IMG/VR virus record: IMGVR_UViG_3300009788_000091
Coordinates: 1-64,000 of that record
Direction: 5' to 3' (one strand)
DNA from: a virus
Taxonomy: Duplodnaviria; Caudoviricetes
DNA: 64,000 nt
Shown: positions 15,587-23,777 of the stretch, one piece after another
How positions within the stretch are numbered: position 1 is the stretch's first letter
Layout: each line of letters begins with the position of its first letter
Notes under the pieces: model-generated
The model's database searches: none
Told to the model about the DNA's origin: nothing
What the model saw: the letters and a program-made list of their open reading frames with translations, nothing else
Program-made: the position numbers and the translations under genes

Positions 15587-16174
15587 ATGAAAATGTCGAA
15601 TATTTTTTTCACATCTGATTTGCATTTTTGGCATAAAAAAGTAATTAAATATTGTAACCGTCCGTATACTAGTCTGGAACAAATGAATGAACATTTGATC
15701 AGACGGTATAATTCTTTTGTTCATAAAGATTCTATAGTTTATTTTTTAGGCGACATTTCATTTGCTGGAGTTATAAAAACAACTGGTATTCTTTCCAGAC
15801 TTAATGGGTTTAAAGTTCTAATTAAAGGTAATCATGATTATAAATGGAAAGACGCTAAATGGTTGAAAATGGGTTTTAATGCAGTATGTGATGATTATAC
15901 TCTTTATATTGAAAATTATAAATTACAATTGAGTCATTATCCTTATTACCCTACATTGTGGGAACAAATTAAAACAGTTGTTTTATTTCAAAAATTACGT
16001 TATTTGGATAATAGATTACAAGATAAAGGTGATTGGCTCTTACATGGGCATGTTCATAATTCTTGGAAGATTAGACGAAAGATGATTAATGTAGGTGTTG
16101 ATGTTTGGAATTATAGGCCAATTTCTTTGTTTGAAATATTGAAATTGATAAGGAGTATTGAAAATGATAAGTGA
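15587..16174 (+). CDS. Calcineurin-like metallophosphoesterase
   Basis: SDLHFWH, LGD, GNHD, SHYP, HGHVH, INVGVD motifs. Confidence 0.92.
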   Translation: MKMSNIFFTSDLHFWHKKVIKYCNRPYTSLEQMNEHLIRRYNSFVHKDSIVYFLGDISFAGVIKTTGILSRLNGFKVLIKGNHDYKWKDAKWLKMGFNAVCDDYTLYIENYKLQLSHYPYYPTLWEQIKTVVLFQKLRYLDNRLQDKGDWLLHGHVHNSWKIRRKMINVGVDVWNYRPISLFEILKLIRSIENDK

Positions 16175-16376
16175 TGAGCAACGTTTTTCTTTTATATTAT
16201 CTGTAATTGGTTTTACTGGAATACTTTCAATTATTGCTGCTGCTATAATATCAGTTAAAGCACCAACTTTAATTCCACCTTTTGTTCTTATTTTATTAGT
16301 TATATTTGGAGTTATACATCTTGTTTCATTAGGATTTTTTCTTCAACTTTGTGGTAGATTAACATTGAATGACTAG
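16158..16376 (+). CDS. Two-TM membrane protein
   Basis: Two hydrophobic segments; AGGAG RBS. Confidence 0.6.
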   Translation: MKMISDEQRFSFILSVIGFTGILSIIAAAIISVKAPTLIPPFVLILLVIFGVIHLVSLGFFLQLCGRLTLND

Positions 16377-16596
16377 ATTTAAATTTATTGCAGGAAGACG
16401 TTATCGTCATCATGATTGTTTAGATATAGATATTTATGTTTGTCATTGTTCTTATAGGGATGATAAAAGATCTAAATTAAAAATTCATTATATTAATCGT
16501 AGTGGTCATTTTATTATTGTTTCTGATGCTGTTACTATTTATTCAAAAGATTATTATAAATGGAAATTAATAGATATTCCAATTAACCTTTATTAA
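16369..16596 (+). CDS. Hypothetical protein
   Basis: 75-aa ORF overlapping the upstream stop. Confidence 0.55.
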   Translation: MTRFKFIAGRRYRHHDCLDIDIYVCHCSYRDDKRSKLKIHYINRSGHFIIVSDAVTIYSKDYYKWKLIDIPINLY

Positions 16597-16924
16597 TAGC
16601 ACCAAACATTATTTTAAATAATGAAAAATTACAAAGAATTAAATTTGCAATTGCGTGTTCAAGTTTTTCAACTTGTTTTTCTGTTAATTCAAAATCATAT
16701 TCATATTCAAAACTATGAACTAATTCATGGCAAAAAGTGTAAAGATGATCACAATAATTTAAACCTTTTTTAATTTTAATTATTTTAGTTTCATTGCAAC
16801 ATTCCCCATAGTCTTTTGTTTTTTTTCCTTTAGAATTTTTAATATAAGAAACAAATTCAATTTTCCACCATGTATCTTTAATCAAAAGTTCTTTTGGATA
16901 ATCATGAGGGGCTGGAAGTCTCAT
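16583..16924 (-). CDS. Zincin-like (HExxH) metallopeptidase-domain protein
   Basis: YGEC....IKI...TFCHELVH...E pattern typical of small phage ImmA/IrrE-like proteins. Confidence 0.7.
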   Translation of the reverse strand: MRLPAPHDYPKELLIKDTWWKIEFVSYIKNSKGKKTKDYGECCNETKIIKIKKGLNYCDHLYTFCHELVHSFEYEYDFELTEKQVEKLEHAIANLILCNFSLFKIMFGAINKG

Positions 16925-17020
16925 GGTTTAATTTTAACCTATACTTATTTATGACACTCATTGTTATACAAATTTTAAATTTAGTTGGTAATATAAATTT
17001 AGTATGTAGAATAAATTTAT

Positions 17021-17230
17021 ATGAACGGTTTATCCCACCTAAATTTGATCAAGAAACACTGTGAATATTGTAATGCCGATTTTAAAGTATTAATCGTCAA
17101 AAAATTGATGTTTTGTTCTGAAGTTTGTAAAATATTTCATGATGAAGAAAAAGAACGAAAAGAAGAAAAGAATAAAAAACAAGGTGTGTCATTTAAAGCT
17201 TTTCATTGGAAAAATCAGAAATTTAGATAG
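17021..17230 (+). CDS. Small Zn-finger protein
   Basis: CEYC...FCSEVC motif. Confidence 0.55.
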   Translation: MNGLSHLNLIKKHCEYCNADFKVLIVKKLMFCSEVCKIFHDEEKERKEEKNKKQGVSFKAFHWKNQKFR

Positions 17231-17325
17231 GCTGACAATAACCGCAAACTGGGCATTTCAACCAACCTATACAATCTGGCATTTCATACATATAACCCCA
17301 GTGACACATTTTACAAATTTTAAAT

Positions 17326-18021
17326 TTATAATCCATAACGAGTATATTCAAAATGCATTGGATCAGGCCGTCTAAAATCACCCCCCCAAAAGAAACCTTC
17401 TGATTTAAATGCTTTCACAATGCCTAGATCCATATCACCAACAATACCAAGTCGATTTGTTTTAGCATTATGATCCATAGCGATTCCCCATGAATGCATT
17501 GATAGACGATTTTTACCCCGCGTGTTTCTAAGTGCATAGCATCCATCAAAACTTACCAATTTGGATTGTAATTTATTTCGAACAATTTTGGCATAGACGT
17601 TTTTAAATTTAGGAATAAGAAATTTATTACACCAGAAACCGTTTGAGCCTTTCCACTGATAAGGAAAGCAATGATTCAATGACAATGGGGTTGTACAAAA
17701 CCCACCATATGATTTCCAATATCCAATGATTAATGGATTTCCAAATAACTCTCGTAATTGATTTCTTGATTCAGGAATAAATAATTTTGGCTTTTTTGGT
17801 ATTTCATTATAAGAAAATAATTTTGACCATGTTTCAAGCCCAACAATTCCGTCTGCATTTAAACCGTTATCTTTTTGAAATTGAATGACAGCTTGTTTTG
17901 TGTGTTTTCCAAATATACCATCAACTATACCAGTATTATATTGTTTAGGTTTTAAAGTTCGAAGTTGTATTTGAAGTTTATAAATATTAATATTTTTTGA
18001 ATCACCAATAGAAAAAATCAA
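17326..18021 (-). CDS. Endolysin: peptidoglycan-binding domain plus M15-family peptidase
   Basis: VDGIFGKHTKQAVIQFQKDNGLNADGIVGLETW (PG_binding_1); R...SMHSWGIAMD and WGGDF..PDPMHFE (M15). Confidence 0.92.
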   Translation of the reverse strand: MIFSIGDSKNINIYKLQIQLRTLKPKQYNTGIVDGIFGKHTKQAVIQFQKDNGLNADGIVGLETWSKLFSYNEIPKKPKLFIPESRNQLRELFGNPLIIGYWKSYGGFCTTPLSLNHCFPYQWKGSNGFWCNKFLIPKFKNVYAKIVRNKLQSKLVSFDGCYALRNTRGKNRLSMHSWGIAMDHNAKTNRLGIVGDMDLGIVKAFKSEGFFWGGDFRRPDPMHFEYTRYGL

Positions 18022-18039
18022 TTTAAATACCTTAAAAAT

Positions 18040-18483
18040 TTATACTTTTGTATATTCAATCCATACTTCCCCACCATCATGAACCGCATTAACACTACTT
18101 CCAGTATGAATTTGTATGACGGTTCCAGAGTTTATGAGGGCAACACCAATAAATCCATTTATGTCTGTTGGATGCACAGTGGGCAATTTCAATTTGTTGG
18201 TTCCCTGATTTAAAAAACCATCAGTTTTTATCAACCTGTCTACAGTCGCCCCTATTGGTATAAATTGTTGATTACTTGCTCCCTGTGCAGCGACAATAAA
18301 TAATTTTCTAAATATTGGTTTGCCTGTAGGCTTGTGAACTCCACCAGTATCCAATTCTTCAAGTGAAAAACTTTTTTGATCATGTAGTTCATTTATTAAT
18401 TCAGATAATGATGGCCCAGCGCTATGTTTATGCCCATCGTTTAAATTTTTTCCACCTTCAAAATGATCTTTTTTAATTTTCAT
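18040..18483 (-). CDS. Putative virion fibre/decoration protein, paralog A
   Basis: N-terminus near-identical to 18497..18943; beta-rich C-domain ending VWIEYTK, as in fibre tip domains. Confidence 0.6.
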   Translation of the reverse strand: MKIKKDHFEGGKNLNDGHKHSAGPSLSELINELHDQKSFSLEELDTGGVHKPTGKPIFRKLFIVAAQGASNQQFIPIGATVDRLIKTDGFLNQGTNKLKLPTVHPTDINGFIGVALINSGTVIQIHTGSSVNAVHDGGEVWIEYTKV

Positions 18484-18496
18484 ATATATATATTCT

Positions 18497-18943
18497 TTAA
18501 ACTTTTATATATTCTAACCAAACTACTGCTGATAAAAAAGCATCATTGCCGTTATAAACACTTCCTATCCAAAAATTAATATTTGTGTCATCTATGGAAT
18601 TAATACCAGCAGAATCATTTGTATTAAAATTACCATTAACAATTGGAACAAAATCACCATCGGATTGTTTGAAGGAACCCCCACTATTTATTATACTTTC
18701 TATGGGGTCAGATATACCGTGTGCAAAACTGACAATTGCATTACCACCAGTAGCCCCAATAACAATAACTTTTCTAAATATTGTTTTACCTAAAAATTTA
18801 CCACCAGTATCAATTTCTTCTAATGAATAATTTTTTTGCTCATGTAATTCATTTATTAATCCAGATAATGTTGGACCATCATTATGTTTATGCCCATCAT
18901 TTAAATTTTTTCCGCCTTCAAAATGGTCATTTAGGATTTTCAT
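18497..18943 (-). CDS. Putative virion fibre/decoration protein, paralog B
   Basis: DHFEGGKNLNDGHKH...LINELH...SLEEIDTGG...IFRK, ending VWLEYIK. Confidence 0.6.
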   Translation of the reverse strand: MKILNDHFEGGKNLNDGHKHNDGPTLSGLINELHEQKNYSLEEIDTGGKFLGKTIFRKVIVIGATGGNAIVSFAHGISDPIESIINSGGSFKQSDGDFVPIVNGNFNTNDSAGINSIDDTNINFWIGSVYNGNDAFLSAVVWLEYIKV

Positions 18944-18962
18944 AAATTTATTTTCTTTTTAA

Positions 18963-18999
18963 AATATAGCCCCTAACTTATTAGGTCAGGGGCTATATT
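18963..18999 (-). terminator. Strong stem-loop, probable terminator or attenuator
   Basis: 12-bp perfect stem AATATAGCCCCT/AGGGGCTATATT, followed by a short T run on the minus strand, downstream of 19017..19262. Confidence 0.7.
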
Positions 19000-19016
19000 G
19001 TGGATGTAGACGTAGA

Positions 19017-19262
19017 TTATTTCTTGTCAAATGCTTTAGCAATTGCAGCTAATGCATTCATTTTGGTTTTTAATTCATTAACCAAAGTAATTGCAGTACC
19101 AAGATCGCTTGCATCAGCAGCAGCAACAACAGTACCTTTCATTGAGGTCATTTCATCCCGAATTGCATCTAACAAAGCATCAAGTGATGCTCTGCTTTTA
19201 TCAGCATGACCTTTTGATAATCCTGCTCCTGCTTCTCGATTTCCAATTTTTGGAATTGCCAT
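19017..19262 (-). CDS. Putative head fibre/decoration protein
   Basis: AAADASDLGTAITLVNELKTKMNAL resembles head-fibre coiled coils; AAGGAG RBS. Confidence 0.55.
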   Translation of the reverse strand: MAIPKIGNREAGAGLSKGHADKSRASLDALLDAIRDEMTSMKGTVVAAADASDLGTAITLVNELKTKMNALAAIAKAFDKK

Positions 19263-19321
19263 GATTTAATCTCCTTTAAAAAAGTTGATTTTAAAAAATT
19301 ATAATAAACTTTTTAAAAAGA

Positions 19322-19630
19322 TTACTCGTTTTTACCTTCCCAGGCAGTATAATGAATTACTTCTGCATCAACCATAAGATCACTATCGTTTCCAATAGTA
19401 AACCCATCGTCTTCTAAAGTAATCATATTTGCTGGAAAAGTCATAGTACCTGCGGTAACTCTTTTCACCGCGCTACTACCGGCCATTAAATCAGATTTAT
19501 AGGCTGAAACAAGACCTGTTATATTTTCCAATTGAACTGAGCGTGGTTTAAAACCAAGAATCACTTTCTTAGTTGCACTAGTTTCACCAACTACACTTCC
19601 AGTTTTCATCCAATTATTTGAACTACCCAT
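19322..19630 (-). CDS. Putative structural/decoration protein
   Basis: TGS..G...LGFKPRSV...DDGFTIG...IHYTA beta-rich pattern of phage structural proteins; AAGGAG RBS. Confidence 0.55.
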   Translation of the reverse strand: MGSSNNWMKTGSVVGETSATKKVILGFKPRSVQLENITGLVSAYKSDLMAGSSAVKRVTAGTMTFPANMITLEDDGFTIGNDSDLMVDAEVIHYTAWEGKNE

Positions 19631-19724
19631 TATTATCTCCTTTGGTTAGCGTTAATTTAATTCCACCTTAACTCATCGATTCAACATTAGCTATATCGAT
19701 TCTTAAAGTAGTAGTTTGAGTCAA

Positions 19725-20267
19725 CTACAATGACTCTTTAAACAATTCTAAAATCTCTTTGTCGGTCTGTTCAATGATACCACGGACTTTTACAATTTGT
19801 TCAGAAACCTTATTTACTTGAATTAACATGTTTTGATAAATTTCTTTTGCTTTAACTTCTGATTTAAGAAATTCTTCTGTTAATTCAATTTTCCTTTTAA
19901 CTAGATGTTTTAAAACTGGATTTTCTAATTTTTCATCTTTAAATTGAATAAGAACAGATTGCATTTGTTTTAATTGTTCGGTTGTTAAATGGGGTTTTCT
20001 ACGCATGGCATTAATTTTATTTAAATTTTGAACTGCTGCGGCATTTATTTGTTTTGCTTTATTAAATTCGTGTTGTTCTTTTGTTACAACAATTTTTTCT
20101 TCACCCATAGATTTATCAACAACTTCTTTTTCTTCTACCTGTTTCATAATTTCCTCACTTTCTTTTTCAAGTTCACGATCTTCTTCTTTACTTATAAATT
20201 GCGAAATATTGTAATCATTAATTCTTTCCATTTCTTCATCATATAATTGTTTAGCTGTTTTCTTCAT
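19725..20267 (-). CDS. Coiled-coil hypothetical protein
   Basis: 180-aa charged helical ORF. Confidence 0.65.
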   Translation of the reverse strand: MKKTAKQLYDEEMERINDYNISQFISKEEDRELEKESEEIMKQVEEKEVVDKSMGEEKIVVTKEQHEFNKAKQINAAAVQNLNKINAMRRKPHLTTEQLKQMQSVLIQFKDEKLENPVLKHLVKRKIELTEEFLKSEVKAKEIYQNMLIQVNKVSEQIVKVRGIIEQTDKEILELFKESL

Positions 20268-20451
20268 GTTTCACCTTTTCTGCCTGAAGATAATGGACTC
20301 CAAAATTAGTTTTTACATAAAGAAAATTACCATCAATTTTTTTAATAACCCCATTTTCATTAACTAATGTTCTAGTAACTGATAGTCCTTTTTTGTCTTT
20401 ATAAACAATTTTCACGTTTACTTTTACTTTATCTTCAATTTTAAATTCCAT
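20251..20451 (-). CDS. Small SH3/KOW-like hypothetical protein
   Basis: MEFKIEDKVKV...GVIKKI...LYVK pattern; AAGGA RBS. Confidence 0.55.
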   Translation of the reverse strand: MEFKIEDKVKVNVKIVYKDKKGLSVTRTLVNENGVIKKIDGNFLYVKTNFGVHYLQAEKVKHEENS

Positions 20452-20459
20452 GATTTTCC

Positions 20460-20879
20460 TTAAATGTTGATTTCAAATAAAGCCATTGTTCCAGACGCTG
20501 CAATACTTCCCATAAGACCACCAACCATACCAGAATCAGTAGATTTACCAACTGACCAGCCTGTTACCCCACCAACTATTAACGATAATGGAAGTTTAAT
20601 CCACCATTTATTCCAAATGGGTGAATGGCTTATAGCTGTTTCCATTAATCTATTGTTTAACCTTTTTTCCATTTCTAAGTCAATTTCTATTTGATCACAA
20701 CTTAACATTGATTGACGCAATAGATTAAAATGTTCTTTATTAAAACATAATACTTCTTTTTTAATTACATGATTTGGATAAAAATGATCGATAACCATTT
20801 GTTCATCAGCGTTTGTAATTTTTAAATTTATTAATAAATTTAGAAATGAAAGCATTATCAGATAATTTAGCATTTTCAT
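20460..20879 (-). CDS. Exported/membrane protein, possible spanin component
   Basis: Signal-like N-terminus, coiled coil, Gly-rich C-terminal TM helices; overlaps upstream gene. Confidence 0.55.
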   Translation of the reverse strand: MKMLNYLIMLSFLNLLINLKITNADEQMVIDHFYPNHVIKKEVLCFNKEHFNLLRQSMLSCDQIEIDLEMEKRLNNRLMETAISHSPIWNKWWIKLPLSLIVGGVTGWSVGKSTDSGMVGGLMGSIAASGTMALFEINI

Positions 20880-21057
20880 TTTTCCGTTTCTCCTTTTTTA
20901 ATTTGCCTTCATTTTCTAATTTCATTTTTAAATTTTTATTTTCTAATCTTTTCATTTTATGTTGAATTCCATCATAGAATGCAACAATTAAAGCTGGTAT
21001 TAATTTAATTGCTAAATCTAATAAACCTTTCCATATTGTTGATTTTTTTTTAGTCAT
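20806..21057 (-). CDS. Small membrane-associated coiled-coil protein (lysis cluster)
   Basis: Hydrophobic N-terminal segment followed by a basic coiled coil. Confidence 0.5.
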   Translation of the reverse strand: MTKKKSTIWKGLLDLAIKLIPALIVAFYDGIQHKMKRLENKNLKMKLENEGKLKKEKRKNENAKLSDNAFISKFINKFKNYKR

Positions 21058-21334
21058 CTTTTTTTAACAATTCGTTTAATTTATCTTTTGTTTCTTTATT
21101 TTTTCGAAAACGATCAAGAAGTTTATCTTTTAATCTTTTAACTTGACCACCTTCTTTATCCATTCTGTCTTTTATAGCTTGTTCTTTTTTAATGTTTTTC
21201 AATTTTAATTGAACAAGAAAATAAATTATACCACCACCAAAGAGAAGTCCAACAATTCCAGCCACACTTGCCCAACCGCCGCTTGCGACACTGAGAATAT
21301 TTTTTCCTAAAGATAAAAGGTCACTCCAGTCCAA
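21050..21334 (-). CDS. Single-TM coiled-coil protein (i-spanin-like candidate)
   Basis: TM helix GWASVAGIVGLLFGGGIIYFLV followed by a coiled coil. Confidence 0.55.
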   Translation of the reverse strand: MDWSDLLSLGKNILSVASGGWASVAGIVGLLFGGGIIYFLVQLKLKNIKKEQAIKDRMDKEGGQVKRLKDKLLDRFRKNKETKDKLNELLKKDD

Positions 21335-21992
21335 CAGTTAATTCCTTACGTGACGTTCGTGCTAAATCACTATAAGCACGAATTATAATTTTATCATTTT
21401 GTTTTACATCTATAATTGTATGGTTTGTTTTTTCTTGATTAAAAACTTCTTCATTATTTTTATGTATAATTAATTGTCTGGTAAATCGACTGGATAAAAT
21501 TTCTAAATCTCCATCTGAATTAATAATAGTTCCAATTTCTCCTAATTTTTGGAAATTTAATTCGGATATTCTTAAATGAATTGAACCTAAAATAGATGCT
21601 CGTTGTGGTGCCATTAGATCACTAAACATTACAATTCCGATATCGCAATCATCTTGCATCGTTAAATTTTCTAAAGTAAATTCAAGATTAGCTCCATTTA
21701 CGTATGGTTTTGTAATTTCTCGATTACAAGAAATCATAGTTACTTCACCATTACCAGTATCAGTTATAATTTTAAATTGGAAAGTTTGACTTGTTTTTCG
21801 GAAGATTGTACATCCACCTTTTTCACCTTCAAGTGTTACACACAATTTATTATCAATTAAAATTTCAGCTTCTTTAGTATTAGTTTCAAATGCTGAAAGA
21901 AATTCTTGTGATTGACTATCATCTGCATATTGTGTCTCAGGACAACCACCCATTAAGAAAATTGAAAATAAAATTAAATAGATAATTTTCAT
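21321..21992 (-). CDS. Lipoprotein
   Basis: MKIIYLILFSIFLMGG-C lipobox; four further Cys; ATGA-coupled to the holin. Confidence 0.7.
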   Translation of the reverse strand: MKIIYLILFSIFLMGGCPETQYADDSQSQEFLSAFETNTKEAEILIDNKLCVTLEGEKGGCTIFRKTSQTFQFKIITDTGNGEVTMISCNREITKPYVNGANLEFTLENLTMQDDCDIGIVMFSDLMAPQRASILGSIHLRISELNFQKLGEIGTIINSDGDLEILSSRFTRQLIIHKNNEEVFNQEKTNHTIIDVKQNDKIIIRAYSDLARTSRKELTVGLE

Positions 21993-22438
21993 TTTTTTAC
22001 TTTTTCCTCACCAAAAATTTTCAATAATTTTACTAATTTTATTGGAACAGGAAAGCCCATTTGACTAAGATTTTCCATTATTGAAAGTGCTTCAGTTATA
22101 ACTAAAAATGATTCAATAATTGTTGCAGCAAAAGGAATAGGAACTGACTTATCTACTAATCGTCCTGTAAGAATTAATATAAAATAGACTGAGCATTTTA
22201 TGACAACTCTAAAAAAGATTCCACTTGATAAATTTTCATTTTTACATGCTTTACAAAAACCAGTAACTGTATCAAATAAAATTAAAATATAAACAGCGAT
22301 TAATACATGAATATCTGTAAACAACCAACTATAACTACAAACCACCATCGACCAGGCAGCTTTACTTAATTTAAATTGAGCAATATTGAGCAAGATATTT
22401 TTGCATGAACTGATAGTTAATTCGTTAGCATGTGTCAT
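21989..22438 (-). CDS. Holin (phage holin family 4 / TcdE-like)
   Basis: DTVTGFCKA...LSS...K...D...EALSIMENLSQMGFPVP signature; three TM segments. Confidence 0.9.
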   Translation of the reverse strand: MTHANELTISSCKNILLNIAQFKLSKAAWSMVVCSYSWLFTDIHVLIAVYILILFDTVTGFCKACKNENLSSGIFFRVVIKCSVYFILILTGRLVDKSVPIPFAATIIESFLVITEALSIMENLSQMGFPVPIKLVKLLKIFGEEKVKK

Positions 22439-22451
22439 TTTTATTATTCAT

Positions 22452-22486
22452 AAAAAGAGGAAGCTACTTTAAAAATAACTTCCTCT
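22452..22486 (-). terminator. Intrinsic terminator after 22501..22875
   Basis: AGAGGAAG/CTTCCTCT stem followed by TTTT on the minus strand. Confidence 0.6.
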
Positions 22487-22500
22487 CAAAATAATATTAA

Positions 22501-22875
22501 TTAACTTGCGGGTGCTGCTTCTGGAGCTGGTACTTCAAGTTCAGGACCACGAACTGCCAAATAAACATCATGAAGGGCTAGAACTGCTCTTAATGACTTT
22601 TCAATCACTTCTTCAACTTGATCATTTTCAATATCAAGTTCACTTTCTACATAGTCCATAAGTTCTTTAGATTCAGCCTCGTCCATATCTTTCATTTCTT
22701 TAGGTACAAGACTAATATCACTAAATGCTGGACCAGCAGCAGTAAAAGCTGGAACGAGATGCACAAGATCCGCTACTTCCATTTTGTCATCAGACATAGC
22801 CCGATCAACTGCTTCACCGAGTTCAACACCAAATTTAACTACTTCTTTTGTTTCTTTAATTCCATATTGTCCCAT
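22501..22875 (-). CDS. Conserved-type helical phage protein of unknown function
   Basis: Strong AAAGGAG RBS; acidic helical 124-aa ORF with its own upstream box and downstream terminator. Confidence 0.7.
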   Translation of the reverse strand: MGQYGIKETKEVVKFGVELGEAVDRAMSDDKMEVADLVHLVPAFTAAGPAFSDISLVPKEMKDMDEAESKELMDYVESELDIENDQVEEVIEKSLRAVLALHDVYLAVRGPELEVPAPEAAPAS

Positions 22876-22897
22876 TTTGATCTCCTTTCAAATATTC

Positions 22898-22916
22898 TGT
22901 AAAACAATGTTATACT
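22898..22916. promoter_or_regulatory. Tandem box TGTAAAACA-A-TGTTATACT
   Basis: Member of the recurrent intergenic 19-bp motif. Confidence 0.65.
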
Positions 22917-22939
22917 AATTTGATTAAAAAATATAGTTC

Positions 22940-23770
22940 TCAATAAATAACGCCTTGCGCTAATTTAATCATTGGATTTTCTGGATTTCTACCCCCAAAA
23001 TACACTGTAATAACAGTTTCAATTCCTTTTCCATCGGTTGATTTTTTTAACATCCATACCCAAAAATACCTAAATGTTCGAACAATTGAATACATCCATT
23101 TGTATTGTTTTTTCATTTTATTTTTTTCTTCTGTCAATTCAATTGCTTTTAATCTAATCCAAGTTAAAAGGGCCTCACTTGTCATTTTACCTTGTTTTAT
23201 GTTTTTATGTTGAAAACTATTAAAAATAATTCCACCAACTAACCAAATATATTCCCAAATAGTAGGTGCATAATTAACACACATTTTATAAAATGCGACA
23301 TCACTTCCTTGTTTCCATCTTTTAATATTATATTTATTAAGACTTACATTATTAAAATTGAACCCATTTTCTAAACCATAAAAAACAATATCAAGTTTAA
23401 AATCAGAATCAATTAAAACACTACCTGAACAAATTGCGGCATAATTATCTAAAGCTTCGGGATTATCATCTCTGCCTGGATTTCGATTATAAAGCCCTTT
23501 TATTGGTTTTCCATTTTTTATTCGTTGAAGATCAAATATGCTATTATAAAATTCATATTTATCTTCATTTGTTAAAAGATCATGATGTTTTAATAACCAA
23601 ATAAAATAACATTTACCCAAAATTCCATTATCATTTGCGGCTGTTTTTCTTGTAAAACCTGGAAATGGTGGACGATCACCACGGTAATCTAATAAAGAAA
23701 GACCATCTTCAGCAACCCAATTGTTAGAATATTCTTCTTTTAATTGGATTGTTTCAGTTTTATCAATCAT
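22940..23770 (-). CDS. Hypothetical protein
   Basis: 276-aa ORF between fibre and lysis genes. Confidence 0.7.
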   Translation of the reverse strand: MIDKTETIQLKEEYSNNWVAEDGLSLLDYRGDRPPFPGFTRKTAANDNGILGKCYFIWLLKHHDLLTNEDKYEFYNSIFDLQRIKNGKPIKGLYNRNPGRDDNPEALDNYAAICSGSVLIDSDFKLDIVFYGLENGFNFNNVSLNKYNIKRWKQGSDVAFYKMCVNYAPTIWEYIWLVGGIIFNSFQHKNIKQGKMTSEALLTWIRLKAIELTEEKNKMKKQYKWMYSIVRTFRYFWVWMLKKSTDGKGIETVITVYFGGRNPENPMIKLAQGVIY

Positions 23771-23777
23771 AGATTAA

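Noticed and set aside
11091-16958. Invertible segment bounded by an 11-bp inverted repeat (AGTGTCATAAA / TTTATGACACT) around the plus-strand island
   Set aside because: Short and AT-rich, overlaps degenerate copies of the box motif, and no recombinase is visible in the window
18040-18943. Diversity-generating retroelement acting on the paralog pair
   Set aside because: No reverse transcriptase; similarity is N-terminal and differences are not adenine-specific
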